The notes beneath the pieces were generated by a model. It was given only the letters and a program-made list of their open reading frames with translations. It was not told the DNA's origin and made no database searches. 64,000 bases of DNA from Octopus vulgaris (Eukaryota): contig OX597824.1 in NCBI GenBank assembly GCA_951406725.2, forward strand, positions 12,710,001-12,774,000, written 5' to 3'. Shown here piece after piece: positions 1 through 13,704 of this stretch (the stretch's first letter is position 1; every line of letters starts with the position of its first letter). The translations under genes were made by a program, and so were the position numbers.

Positions 1-48
<48 letters not shown>

Positions 49-99
49 GCACACACGCATATACACGTACAATGCAGAGACAGGTATGTGTAAATACAA

Positions 100-336
100 G
101 GCGGCGAGCTGGCAGAAACGTTTGCACGCCGGGCGAAATGCTTCGTGGTATTTCGTCTGCCGTTACGTTCTGAGTTCAAATTCCGTCGAGGTCGACTTTG
201 CCTTTCATCCTTTCGGGGTCGATAAATTAAGTACCAGTTACGCACTGGGGTCGATATAATCGACTTAATACCTATGTCTGTCTTTGTTTGTTGTTTGTCC
301 CCTCTATGTTTAGCCCCTTGTGGGTAGTAAAGAAAT
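100..336 (+). mobile_element. tRNA-derived SINE, family A
   Basis: ggcggcgagctggcagaa head and B-box-like gagttcaaattc. Flanked by a ~15-bp target duplication aggtatgtgtaaata (82-96 and 337-351). Several copies in the window. Confidence 0.88.
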
Positions 337-587
337 AGGTATGTGTAAATATATCAATATATCCACTATAAATCTGTGCTTATATAAAATATCTATTCCT
401 AGAATCACATATACTCACATGTACCCGCTTTCATTCCTTTAAGTGCATACATATGCTTGCGCAACACGCATACACGTATATACTCGTGTACATACATATA
501 CATATATATATATATATATATACATACACACCCACACATGCATACATAAATGCATACATACACACATATATGTATATATACTCACAT

Positions 588-626
<39 letters not shown>

Positions 627-707
627 CATACACATATACATATATGTATATATACACACACACATACACACATATACATACATATATATATATATGTATA
701 TATATAC

Positions 708-749
<42 letters not shown>

Positions 750-1019
750 AGAAGGTTGATATATATGGAAAAACAAGCCAAGGTTGAAAATGCTTAGATA
801 ATTTTATAAAAAAACATTTCAGTACCGGTTTTAGTTATTGAGACTTTTTTCAACTGTGAATATGGAAAACAGTTAAGTTTTAGAAAAATTAATAGAAAAG
901 TTTTTCAAAAGAATATTTGCAGAGTATTCAGATAGAAGGGGCGTTTTCCTTATTTCTGCCTGTTTCTGTGTCTCTTGTTTACCCTTGTGGGTTCGAGGTC
1001 GTTGTGAATTCTTGGTAGG

Positions 1020-1611
1020 GAGGAGGAGGAGGAGGAGGGGGAAGAAGAAAAAGAATAACAACAAGAACAACAAGAGGAAGGAGGAGGAGGAGAAGAAGAA
1101 GAAGAAGGAGAAAGAGAAGAAGAAGAAGAAGAAGAAGAAGAAGAAGAAGAAGGAGAAGAAGAAGGAGAAGAAGAAGAAGAAGAAGAAGAAGAAGAAGAAG
1201 AAGAAGGAGGAGGAGCAGGAGAAGAAGAAGAAGAAGGAGAAGAAGAAGAAGAAGAAGAAGAAGAAGAAGAAGAAGAAGAAGAAGAAGAAGAAGAAAAAGA
1301 AGGAGAAGAAGAAGGAGAAGAGGAAGGAGAAGAAGAAGAAGAAGGAGAAGAAGAAGAAGAAGAAGAAGAAGGGGAAAAGAAAAAGAAGAAGAAGGGGAAA
1401 AGAAAAAGAAGAAGAAGAAGAAGAAAAAGAAGGAGAAGAAGAAGGAGAAGAAGAAGAAGAAGAAGAAGAAGAAGAAGAAGAAGAAGAAGAAGAAGAAGAA
1501 GAAGAAGGGGAAAAGAAAAAGAAGAAGAAGGGGAAAAGAAAAAGAAGAAGAAGAAGAAGAAGAAGAAGAAGAAGAAGAAGAAGAAGAAGAAGAAGCAGAA
1601 GAAGAAGAAGA
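1020..1611. repeat. (GAA/GGA)n polypurine microsatellite
   Basis: About 590 bp, almost purely A/G on the + strand. Confidence 0.97.
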
Positions 1612-2647
1612 ATGCGGGAGTGCCATGATGATAGTATGTTACATAGTCAAGTGCCCTGAAACGTGCCCCTTTGAGATGGTAGTACGGATTGAATACCTGA
1701 AGCATATCTTTTGAATGTTTTGTTTATAAAATTTGCGTAGGTGTTATTCTAAACAGCAACAGTGATAAAGTTAGGAAGGAGGTGGCGGAGAGGAAGATGA
1801 GGAAGAAGAAGAAACAGAAGGGAGGATAAGAAGGAATGTAGGTAGTATGATAGCAGTAAGGTGTTGAATGGTCAAATGACCTAGAATTGATTCGTTATGG
1901 ATTATAGCAGTGATTGGGAGTGTTTTTAATGAATTCCTGGGAATCTCTTGAGCGTATCATTTTTAATATTTGCGTGTGTGTTTGTGCTATTCTAAGACTG
2001 TGGTCGATATGTCGTTTGTTGTAGACGCGTTCAAAAGTGATCTGTATTTTGTAATAAAGAGAGTCTCTTTACTAATTCGTTGGCTACAGGTTGTATCGTT
2101 CCTGAATTGGTAGAGGGAAAAAATTCTGAAGCTTGGATTTTCGTTATTGGTGCAAATGTCTATGTGTTGGCTGAATGCTATTTTTCTGTTTTGGGGAATT
2201 TTGATCTAGAATCTGTACAGAGCCATTCTTTTACGTAGGTTGTTTTTTGTTTTTTTGTTTGGTCTATGTATTGTTCTTGACACTCAGAGCAAGTTAGTGC
2301 GTATATCAGATTCCCCGAAGCACATGTGAAGTTGCTTTACACTGTGAAACGTTGTCCCTGTTTCAAGGAGAACTCTGATCCCACAATTAAATATCCCACA
2401 GTTTGGTCTTCCGTATCTTTTTACTGACGGCTTCTGTGTTGTTGTTGAGCGTATTCGGCTCGTGCTAGGAGTCTTTTCATAGATTTGGGTTGTCTCTTGC
2501 TTTTTATGATGGTGTGTATTTGGAGGATTAAGTTCATTCTGTGGTCCTTTTTCAGCAGGAGAATGTTTTGAAGGATGGTGTCGAAGGCTTCATTGTTGAG
2601 AAGGTTGTGTGTGGAGATGTATGGTAGGGCTTTTGGTTGTAAATCCT

Positions 2648-2866
2648 TCTTTCGTTACCAACCCGGCTGAAACCGGCTCTGGCTCTGAGTACAAATGTCT
2701 TGTTTTTATAAGTTTTGAATTAAAATCTTCCACCAAACCTTAGTCACAATTTATGTTCTTAATAGTAGCTGAATGATAACTAAGTTATTTTACTAAAGTC
2801 TTTGTTATATTTAAAGTAATTGAAAGGAACACAGTACATCCCAAAATAAATACAGTAACGAAAGGG
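2648..2866. mobile_element. piggyBac-like MITE nested in the Penelope remnant
   Basis: Termini ctttcgttac...gtaacgaaaggg followed by TTAA; the left target site is degraded. Confidence 0.5.
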
Positions 2867-3698
2867 TTAATTTGGGATGTCTGAGATTCTGGATGTAAGT
2901 TGAAGGGCACGTTGAAAGCATATGTCAATTAGTGAAGGTGGGAAGTTCCTGGTGATGACTGTATCCTTTAGTTCATGTAGCCGTGTGTCCCTCGTGCTTG
3001 TATTAGAAACTATAGTACAAAGCCATTTTACTAGGTTGAAGATGATATTCATTCTAGTGTGTCTGGGGTGGCATGAGTTGAACGGTAGATATTCCTTGGA
3101 GTCCGTAGGCTTATAGTATATACCTGTTTCTATTACGTTGTCAGATTTCTTAATGAGGATGTCGAGAAAAGGAAGTTGTTGATGGTTATATTCCATCATG
3201 CATTGAATGTTTACGTCAAATCCATTTATAAGTGCTTGGAATTCTTTAAGTTTCTCTATATTTTCATGCCAAAGAATGAAACAGTCATCCAGGTATCTCT
3301 TCCAGTTATTTTCTATGCAGAGGGAGAATGGGCTGCCGTATTTTTCATCTTCTACCGACAGAATCGGGGACTGCGATGGGTACGAGAATGGCCCCCTTCT
3401 TTGCTAACCTAGTCAAGGGATATCTACTAATTTGTCTTTATCGTAAGGTTCTAGAAAAATGCGGTGCCCATTCTCCCTCTACATAGAAAATAACTGGAAG
3501 AAATACCTGTATGACTGTTACAGTTGAAAAAATCTCAATGACTGAAACCAGTACTGAAATGTTTTTTTATAAAATTATTTTAGCATTTTCTACCTAGACT
3601 GGTTTTTCCATATATGTATATAATAATAATATTAGGGAGTATAACTCCAAACTTACAAGGAAAATTCAATTTAGTATTAAATCAAATTTCACAATATA

Positions 3699-3780
<82 letters not shown>

Positions 3781-3845
3781 GTGTGTGTGTTAATATTCAA
3801 TAGATACATAATAAATACATACTATTTGTGTTGACTTTTACTAAC

Positions 3846-6604
3846 CTTTCACCAAATGTTATATAATACACAATACTCAAAGAGAAGTGTGCCAGCGGGT
3901 CTTTCAAGGAAAACGGTTTACCATTGTGAGATTGAAAAGCATCGCCTAAAGTCTGAGTTTCCATGTATATCTGTTCTTCTAGCTTTTTCTTGCCCATTCC
4001 TAAATCCCGCAGTGTTGAAATAGTAAACTTTTTCAAATCCTTCCATTCTTTTCCTGTATTAAAGAATATTCCTGAAACAATAGCGAAGATGAAAAAAAAA
4101 ACGTAAGTATTTATAAACTGTTTTACGTGTTTTGGAAATTTTAAAACTGAAAACAGAAAAAAGAAAATATAAGAGAAAATTATAGATAATAACACCATAA
4201 AAGGCCTTTAAATATCTCAGACCGAATATCATTCTCTACAGTTAAATACACATGTGACCTCAGTGTTCAAGAGTTTAGTCATCGCTCCTAGATGCACATT
4301 ACGTACGTCAGAAGATATTGTTGTAATTTAAAAACTGGCTTATACGCACCATACATAAACTTATTGAAAATCTAAGGTTTGTCAACAAAAGCATCAAATC
4401 ATCCACACTCAATTATAAACAAATTTGTAAATATTGTATCCAATACAATTTCAAGGTTTCTGCGAACGAAGTAATATTCAACTCACCTGCAGGCAGCATT
4501 AATTAGTGCAGGGTATAGCGAAAAAGATTAAGTATATACTTAAGAATAGATAATAAAAATAAAAACCCCAAAATATATAGAGGTAGGACGTCTGGTGAAC
4601 ATAGAGTAAATGCAGACGATAGTGTTGAATTTACAGAAAAGAAAGTTTTAAATTTGTATTTGTATAGTAGGGAAAAATCGCTACTGAAAATAAAACTGAA
4701 GATAAAAATAAGGATGATTTAATATGTCAATAAAAAATATAATTCGAATTCTCATTACTCTGTCGTATGCTATAGCAATATCGGATACTAGTTCTAATAA
4801 AGGTAGAGTATTGCGATAAAATCTGGTGTATGTATCATCAAAAATAATTAGAGAATTTTTCTCCGCACTGGATAGATATTTTCTTAAATCTAGTACGCAG
4901 TATACAATTTTTAATAGACATATGGTTAAAATGTCCTACAGCTCATCACATTACTTGGAATACCATATTCATAGACTTTAATGGTAGGAAGCTGAACCAA
5001 GCAATAACGAATACTAAAAATATGGTCCCAGGTAACGGGGGTCCCACAAACAAGGATAACAATAGTGGTGGAAGGTATAATCGAAGTAGTTAAAATAATC
5101 CTAATATAAGTAATAATATCAGCATTAGCGTACATAATGTAAATACCGATGTGAATACTGAAAACGCTGATAATAATGGCATTTGGGATAGCAAGGAAGA
5201 TAATAAGGAATGTAACAACAACAACAACAACAATAACTATGACAGTACCATTAAGAAGAAGAAAAAATGGAATAAGACAAATTGTAACCAAGCTGAAATA
5301 GCAAAGTATAAAATGTAGTGGTAGATACAGGAAAACTTGTTCTCTGGGAATCAAGTGTCTCCGTAAAAAGCATTATATGCAAATGTACTGTCAGAATATG
5401 TGCAAACGTCTGTGCATATACGAGGGGATGCCAAAAAGTAAACGGAAACGTTCTTCGAAGAACAAACCCGTTGTAGTTCAGACTTCCGCCGTTAGAAGCC
5501 ACTCGATTAGGCCCTTAAGCATCACTCTGCCGACCGGTGTCGTCAGCTGATGTCGTGCTACCACGTGCTGTGTCTTTGTTTTGCAATGCTTCTCCCCTGT
5601 TCGCCGATTTTTGCGTTGGCTGGAATGAAGGAACGGCGTGCTTCCGTGAAATTCTGTTTTCTGCTGGGAAAAACGGCGACCGAAATAGTTGTCATGCTTC
5701 AAACAGCTTACAAGATCGCTGCCATGAGAAAAACGCAATGTTACGACTGGTTTTCACACTTTAAGAATGGCCCTTTGTCGCTTGAGGACCAACCTCGTTC
5801 AGGGCGACCGTCGCCCGCCTGAACGAATGAAAACATCATGAAAATTCATAAACTGACCTTGGAGGATCGTCACCAAAGAATTGATGAACTTTGTAATATG
5901 ATTGGTGTGTCCTGGAGCACCTACCCAGGAATTCTGAGCGAGGAACTGCGAATGAAAAGAGTTGCAGCAAAATGTGTGCCTCGCTTGCTTACGGAAGATC
6001 AAAAGCAGTCACGGCTGAATGCGTGTCATGAACTGAAAGATCAGTTGGAAATTGATCCGGACCTTTTTTCGTAGGTCATCACTGGTAACGAAAGCTGGTG
6101 CTACGGCAACGACCCGGAAACGAAACAGCTATCAAATCAATAGAAGCATCTGATGTCACCACGCCCCCCCCCAAAAAAAAAAAACCGCGTCAAGTGAAGT
6201 CCAATGTCAAGACGATGCTTGTTTGTTTCATCGATGCGAAAGGAATTGTCCACGCATGATTTGTTCCCCTTAGGGTCAAATCAAACTATAAACCAGACAT
6301 TTTACTTGGCAGTTCTGACGCGTTTGCAAGATGATGTGACCTGAAAACATCACGACTTGAAGAGTGGTGGTTTCATCATGACAATGCGCAAACCGCTTTG
6401 AGTGTGGGACAATTTTTACCCGCCCTTCCTACTCACCCGATCTTGCTCCCTGCGACATTTTTTGTTCCCTCGAATGATTGCGGGTCCAGTTCCACTGCGT
6501 AGCACCTTGGGCAAGTGTCTTCTACTATAGCCTCGGGCCGACCAAAGCCTTGTGAGTCGATTTGGTAGACGGAAACTGAAAGAAACCCGTCATATATATG
6601 TATG

Positions 6605-6637
<33 letters not shown>

Positions 6638-7759
6638 GTGTTTGTGTGTCTGTCTGTCTGTGTTTGTCTCCCCCAACATCGCTTGACAATCGATGCTGGT
6701 GTGTTTACGTCCCCGTAACTTAGCGGTTCAGCAAAAGTTTCCGATAGAAAAAGTACTAGGCTTACAAAGAATAAGTCCTGGGGTCGATTTGCTCGACTAA
6801 AGGCGGTGCTCCAGCATGGCCACAGTCAAATGACTGAAACAAGTAAAAGAGTAAAGAGTGTATATGATTTTGTGTACGTGTGTGTGTGTTTATGCGTGCG
6901 GGTGTGTTTATGCGTGCGGGTGTGTTTTTGTGTGTGTGTGTGTTTGTGTGTTGTGTGTTCACAGCTTCGTTGGTATTAAGTGTTTGTACTTTTTTCAGGA
7001 TTGTGTGGATTGATATGTGACTGCTTTTTTTAAAGTTCGTGTTTCCAGGCAAAGAATGGAGAGTAGTCTGTTCATACGCCAAAGGAATCTAAAGGCAGAG
7101 TGACGTATGGGCCCTAATTCATTATGTTTAGCACGCCTGGCTGGCAAGATGTTTAGCAGTATTTCGTCCGTCTTTACGTTCTGAGTTCAAATTCCGCCGT
7201 GGTCGACTTCGTCTTTCAACCTTTCGGCGTCGATAAATCAAGTACCAGTTACGCACTGGGGTCGACATAATCGACTTAATACCTATGTCTGTCCTTGTTT
7301 CTCCCCTCTGTGTTTAGCCCCTTGTGGGTAGTAAAGAAGTAGGTATTTCGTCCGTCCTTATGTTCTGAGTTCAAATTCCGCCGAGGTCGACTTTGTCTTT
7401 CATCCTTTCGGCGTCGATAAATTAAGTACCAGTTACGCACTGGGGTCGACATTATCGACTTAATTCGTCTGTCTGTCCTTGTTTCTCCCCTCTGTGTTTA
7501 GCCCCTTGTGGGTAGTAAAGAAGGTGTTTCGTCCGTCCTTATGTTCTGAGTTCAAATTCCTCCGAGGTCGACTTTGTCTTTCATCCTTTCGGCGTCGATA
7601 AATTAAGTACCGGTTACGCACTGGGGTCGATATAATCGACTTATTCCCTCCCGCAAAATTTCAGCCCGAGTAGAAGGATTTATGGTTAGTTGAGCGTTGG
7701 TCATGGCTTTTACGATCTCACTTTCATAAGACAAAATCTATTCTTGCTTTCAGATTGCT

Positions 7760-7827
<68 letters not shown>

Positions 7828-7918
7828 TCATTCTTTCTCTCTTTCTCTCTTTCTTTCTTTTTTCTTCCTTCCTTCCTTTCTTCCTTTCATTCATTCACTC
7901 ATTATTTCTTTCTTCCTC

Positions 7919-7961
<43 letters not shown>

Positions 7962-8111
7962 CTCTCTCTCTTTCTTCCTTTCTTTCTTCCTTTCTTTCTT
8001 TCTTTCTTTCTTTCATTCATTCATTCTTTCTCTCTTTCTCTCTTTCTTTCTTTTTTCTTCCTTCCTTCCTTTCTTCCTTTCATTCATTCACTCATTATTT
8101 CTTTCTTCCTC

Positions 8112-8171
<60 letters not shown>

Positions 8172-8545
8172 TCCTCTCTCTCTCTATCATGCTTTTTTAT
8201 TTACTTTTTCTCTCAATCTCGCTCATACTCTTTCCTTCTTTATTTTATTTCTTCTTTTAAAGTCGGCAAGCTTGCAGAATGGTTTGCAAGCCGGACAATA
8301 TACTTAACTGCTTTTACTCCGTCTTTACGTTCTGAGTCCCAAAATCGCCTTTTATCCTCCAAAACAAGTAGCATTTGGGTTCTAGAGTCAATGTAATCGA
8401 CAAACCTTTTTCCCCAAATTTCAGGCCTCGTTCCTCAAGCAGAAAGAATTTTATTTCTCTTTCTTCGTCCGTTTTATTTCATTTCTTCTGTCTTCTTTCA
8501 GTATCCTAAGCTCACTACTACATACTTCACCCAATTGCTCTCTCG

Positions 8546-8591
<46 letters not shown>

Positions 8592-8596
8592 CTATC

Positions 8597-8632
<36 letters not shown>

Positions 8633-11600
8633 CCTATTTCTTTCTCTCTCTCTCTTTCAAAATTCTTCTTCTCACTATTTTCATTTAGTTTCTCTCGATG
8701 TCCGATAATTCCTAGAATCCCCCTACCTCAGTGGTTCTCAACCAGTGTCTATACGATCCCTGGGGTGGGGGGACTATGTAAAACTTTAGGGGGTTCATGC
8801 AGGCAAAATATTAAATAGGAAACACACAATAGTATTTTAAGGGTCCATGAAAAAAATGTTATTTTGGATATATTTATTTCATTAAAAAACCCAGCTAAAG
8901 GTCTATACGATCCCTGGGAGCGGGGGTCTATGTAAAACTTTAGTGGGTTCAGAAAAACCCCCAGCTAGGATTCTTTCTCTAACGTTTAATGTGGTTCAAA
9001 TAACAAAAATAGTTTTAAAACTATGGGGGGAAGGTCCACCAGAATAAAGTAATAATCAAAGGGAGTCCATAGATAAAATATAGTTGAGAATCCTGCCCTT
9101 CATCTATAGAGGGAACGAATAATTGTCTGTATGTGTGTCTGAGTATGTGTGTGTGTGAGTGTGTGTGTGTGCGTGTGTGAGAGAAAGAGAGGGGGAGAGA
9201 TTCACATACTCACTCCTCCTTTCTCTTTCTCCACCCTCTCTCTTGCTCCATTAATGTTGTACTCAGTGTTTACATCGAGGTTGAAGTGTAAGAAAAGAGG
9301 ACAAAGAGCATTTTGCTAGTTTAACCCATTTTAGAAATAGCGGAGGCTATCTTGAATGTCTGATAACAATATTTAGAATCCCATGTGTGTACGTGTGTAC
9401 GTGTGTGCGTGTGTGCGTTTATGCGTGCGTGTGTTTTTTTTGTGTGTTTGTGTGCGTGTTTGTGTGTTGTGTGTGTACAGCTTCGTTGGACAGACATGTT
9501 AGCGCGCCCGGCGAAATGCTGAGCGGGCGAAATGCTTATTTTGTCTGTCGTTACGTTCTGAGTTCAAATTCCGCCGAGGTCAACTTTGCTTTTCATCCTT
9601 TCGGGGTCGATAAATTAAGTACCAGTTACGGACTGGGGTCGATGTAATCGACTTAATACCTATGTCTGTCCTTGTTTGTCCGCTCTGTGTTTAGCCCCTT
9701 GTGGGTAATAAAGAAATATGTATTTTGTCTGTCGTTACGTTCTGAGTTCAAATTCCGCCGAGGTCAACTTTGCTTTTCATCCTTTCGGGCTCGATAAATT
9801 AAGTACCAGTTACGGACTGGGGTCGATGTAATCGACGTAATACCTATGTCTGTCCTTGTTTGTCCCCTCTGTGTTTAGCCCCTTCTGGGCAGTAAAGAAA
9901 TATATTAAGTGTTTGTACTTTTTTCAGGAATGTGTATAATTACCAATAAAACAAAATAAACACTTCATGACAAGAAATTTTGCTCTGAGATTCGTCCCCT
10001 ACTCGCCTCTACAAACTATCAGATCAAAAATTACTGTTTACTGTATCATCTTACAGTTACGTTCTACTTTCTCGCTCTCTGTTTCTGCCTTTCTCTCTCT
10101 CTCTCTCTGTATGTATGTATGTATGTATGTATGTATGTATGTATGTATGTATGTATGTATGTATGTATGTATGTATGTATGTATGTATGTATGTATGTGT
10201 GTATGTATGTATGTATGTATGTATGTGTGTATGTATGTATGTATGTATGTATGTATGTATGTATGTATGTATGTATGTGTGTATGTATGTATGTATGTAT
10301 GTATGTATGTGTGTATGTATGTATGTATGTATGTATGTATGTATGTATGTATGTATGTACGTATGTATGTATGTGTATGTATGTATGTATGTATGTATGT
10401 ATGTATGTATGTATGTATGTATGTATGTATGTATGTATGTATGTATGTATGTATGTATGTATGTATGTATGTATGTATGTATGTATGTGTGTATGTATGT
10501 ATGTATGTATGTATGTATGTATGTATGTATGTGTATGTATGTATGTATGTATGTATGTATGTATGTATGTATGTATGTATGTATGTATGTATGTATGTAT
10601 GTATGTATGTATGTATGTATGTGTGTATGTATGTATGTATGTGTGTATGTATGTATGTATGTATGTATGTGTGTATGTATGTGTGTATGTATGTATGTAT
10701 GTATGTATGTGTGTATGTATGTATGTGTGTATGTATGTATGTATGTATGTATGTGTGTATGTATGTATGTATGTATGTATTTATGTATGTATGTATGTAT
10801 GTATGTATGTATGTATGTATGTGTGTATGTATGTATGTATGTATGTGTGTATGTATGTATGTATGTATGTATGTATGTATGTATGTATGTATGTATGTAT
10901 GTATGTATGTATGTATGTATGTATGTATGTATGTATGTATGTGTGTATGTATGTATGTATGTATGTATGTATGCATGTATTTATGCATGTAAGTATGCAT
11001 GTATGTGTGTGTGAGTGTGTGCATGTATGTGTATGTGTGTTTGTGTGCGTGTGTGTGTAACCCACAACTTCATATTTCGTGCGTGTGGTATTGGCAATGG
11101 TTGTCTGTTAAATCTGGTCTGACGACAAGATACGGGAATTGACTTGTTATTTCTAGCTTCAGCAGACCTGTGGAGGGAAGCCTTCCACTTACCCATTTTT
11201 CCATACTCTAAGGTGTAATTTGTGGAAATGATGGCGGGTATTATTTTACAGAGGAACCTCCTGCATGGAAGTTCTATGAGTTGTTGCACAACCCCTGTAA
11301 TTAGCTATGATAAAGGCCGTCAGACCACGACCTCCCTGTTATCTTGTCTATCAGCGACTACATTGTTGTTTTTTTTTATGACTGTATGGTTTGAGATATT
11401 CTTGACTGCTATTTCAAGCACAGGCGGCGAGCTTGCAGAGTCGTTAGCACGCCGGGCGAAATGCGTAGCCGTATTTCGTCTGCCGTTATGTTGTGAGTTC
11501 AAATTCCGCCGAGGTCGACTTTGCCTTTCATCCTTTCGGGGTCGATAGATTAAGTACCAATTACGCACTGGGGTCGATGCAATCGACTTAATCCCTTTGT

Positions 11601-12729
11601 CTGTCCTTATTTGTCCTCTCTGTGTTTAGCCCCTTGTGGGCAATAAAGAAATATATTTCAAGCACATCGAATGAATAGTTAGATTGTTGCCGTGAGAATA
11701 TTCTCGTAATTGTTGCTTAACCCTCGTTACATCTTTATCTACGTTACATAACGTTCTTCCCATGACTGTCACGCTTTTTTTAATATACATAATGTGTCGT
11801 TCATTTGTGACTACTAACGTGTTTCTTTATCCATCACGGTTTATAATATCCAATATACACAAACGACTGTAAGTCTGTGTGCTATTTGAGGAGTTTATGG
11901 CAGTGTTAGTAGTGTGTGTTCTGTGTTAAAGAAAAGACAAGTTGCTTGTGCTTAACAAACACAACGTAGAATCCACCCGTTTTGTGAATAGCGTTCAAGG
12001 AGAGAATGCCTTTACAGAACAGAAAATATAGCATCAAAGTAAACTGGTGATATTCCGGTCTAAAAGTAACACTACAGCGAATCATAGTCATAAGTAACGC
12101 TAAGAAGATTGAAATATATAGTGGTAATATGCTTGAATAGTTTCCCTTGACAAACTAGGAAAAGAGTAAACAGATTGAGTTAGCAGTTGTCCGACCAACG
12201 AGACCCCGAGATGAGAAACAAAGAAGCATAGAGTAAAATCGTTAGACAAAGTAAGGAAATGTAGAAGTAGAATTGAATTCTATGTTGTGGAAATGGGGGA
12301 AAATGCAAGGGGGAGGAAATAAAAGCGATGATATTTGTTGACGTAAATAAATGGCTGACCTTTCTTTTGGGTTATTATCCTCGGTACGTACATCCAGTAA
12401 GGTCTTCCTTTGAATTCCTCTCCTTTCTTTACCAATCCTTCTAAAATCCATTCGGTTTTGCATACAATCACCATGGTTTCAGAACCAAAATAGAGTTTAA
12501 AGATACCTCCAAATTGTTTTCGAAGTTCCTTCATCTTTAAATTAATGTCTGTGGTTGTAGCCATCTGAGGAATATTTCCAATAATTGGAAAGGCTATTGG
12601 ACCCGGGGGTAAATTGTAATTATATTTCGATCTAGTTATAAGCCATCGTGCTAGCAATAAAGTAACTACTCCAATCAGAAGACTTTGTATATTAATAGCT
12701 TCTACAAAATACGATGCTGAAACATCCAT
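3846..12729 (-). CDS. Cytochrome P450, clan 2 (CYP2-like), copy A; exons 1-2 only, remainder presumably left of the window
   Basis: Exon 1 at 12360-12729 (370 nt, MDVSASY..PPGP..TQKKG) and exon 2 at 3846-4071 (226 nt, IFFNTGKEWKDLKKF..FGER). Same lengths and phases as B and C. Exon 3 was not found in 1-3845. Confidence 0.88.
5421..6476 (+). mobile_element. Degenerate mariner transposon, 3'-truncated
   Basis: TA-CGAGGGGATGCCAAAAAG terminus. Broken transposase: MKERRASVKFCFLLGKTATE.., VAAKCVPRLLT, VITGNESWCY, FHHDNA, PYSPDLAPCD; several stops and frameshifts. Confidence 0.9.
6477..6856 (+). mobile_element. tRNA-derived SINE, family B (5'-truncated)
   Basis: ccttgggcaagtgtcttctactatag..gatttggtagacggaaactgaaag..aggcggtgctccagcatggcc..gactgaaac; matches 55713-56130. 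Confidence 0.85.
7130..7670 (+). mobile_element. SINE family A, three tandem partial units
   Basis: Three iterations of tttcgtccgtc..gttctgagttcaaattcc..gtcgataaat(t/c)aagtacc..actggggtcga with a period of ~185 bp. Confidence 0.85.
7760..8185. repeat. (TTTC)n microsatellite with an internal higher-order duplication
   Basis: Pyrimidine tract; the block cattctttctctc..cattcactcattatttc occurs twice. Confidence 0.95.
8729..9095. mobile_element. hAT-like non-autonomous element
   Basis: Imperfect TIRs CAGTGGTTCTCAAC / GTTGAGAATCCTG. The 8-bp flanks ccctacct and cccttcat match at 6 of 8. Internal direct duplication at ~8746-8790 and ~8900-8945. Confidence 0.65.
9495..9900 (+). mobile_element. SINE family A, two tandem units
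   Basis: Same body sequence as 100-336, repeated twice. Confidence 0.85.
10108..10975. repeat. (TATG)n microsatellite
   Basis: About 870 bp of tetranucleotide repeat. Confidence 0.97.
11423..11653 (+). mobile_element. SINE family A, full length, specific to copy A
   Basis: 13-bp TSD tatttcaagcaca on both sides. The paralogous intron-1 site is empty in B (~29900) and C (~51230). Confidence 0.92.
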
Positions 12730-13107
12730 AATCCTAGGTTATTGTTGCAATAATATACTTGTATTTTCGTTAAGAGCCCAGTCTTCTTTAGGACGAGTGT
12801 AGTTTGCTTCCGATACACAAATCTGTGAAGATAACAAAATAGTTATGCTCGAAGTCAGCCGAATATAAGTAGGTCACGTGTTTAACAACAAAGTTGTATT
12901 CAAAGTCTATTTCTGCAACCGAGGTCACTTTAAGTTCCAGCGCATGATTACTAAGCTCTTTATATATCAATCTCAATCGTTTTTCCCAGGTTTTCACCAT
13001 GTAAAACCAATTGTTTACAATAACTTTTGTTGGTGTTATATAATACCAATCAGCCTTGATTAAACAGAAATAATATAGATAAGCAGTTTGACATATTGTG
13101 TGTCCTA

Positions 13108-13310
13108 CAGGGGTTGAACAAAATAATGGAAACACCTAGCATGATAGTATCATAATTTTGAAATATCTATAAAACTGTTAAAAGCTTGTTTATTTTTATG
13201 TTTTTTTAATTTTTTTTAATGCTGCTTAATATGTTTTGCTAAAATTGCTGTTTCTTTTCAGATATCATCAGAAAAAGGTAATTAGAATTCTTTAAAATGA
13301 CTGATCTATC
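13108..13310 (+). mobile_element. Tc1 left-end fragment, copied by the 1345-bp duplication
   Basis: Near-identical to 14452-14655; ends just after the transposase ATG. Confidence 0.88.
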
Positions 13311-13704
13311 ACTATGTCCACCCGTTTTGTGAATAGCGTTCAAGGCACGAATGCCTTTACAGAACAGAAAATATAGCATCAAAGTAAACTGGTGATATTC
13401 CTGTCTAAAAGTAACACTACAGCGAATCATAGTCATAAGTAACGCTAAGAAGATTGAAATATATAGTGGTGGTATGCTTGCATAGTTTCCCTTGATAAAC
13501 TAGGAAAAGAGTAAACAGATTGAGTTAGCAGTTGTCCGATCAACGAGATCCCGAGATGAGAAACAAAGAAGCACAGAGTAAAATCGTCAGACAAAGTAAG
13601 GAAATGTAGAAGTAGAATTGAATTCTGTGTTGTGGAAACGGGGGAAAATGCAAGGGGGAGGAAATAAAAGCGATGACATTTGTTGACATAAATAAATGAC
13701 TTAC

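Larger units (their letters stand above)
762..3615 (-). mobile_element. Degenerate Penelope-like retroelement (RT thumb + GIY-YIG endonuclease) with inverted terminal repeats
   Basis: ORF 2867-3199 has LPFLDILI..IYYKPTD..YLPFNSCHPRH, typical of Penelope RT. About 2260-2330 translates FTCASGNLIYALTCSECQEQYIDQT (GIY-YIG-like). About 762-856 is an inverted copy of ~3520-3615. Confidence 0.85.

Noticed and set aside
431-1705. Long ORFs of poly-K/E/S/L and YI/HT repeats
   Set aside because: Translations of (TA)n, (CA)n and (GAA)n microsatellites; no coding signal.
9967-11065. 300-340 aa MYVC/HTYI ORFs (likewise 44881-46153, 7690-8396, 16330-16936)
   Set aside because: Simple repeats that lack stop codons in several frames.
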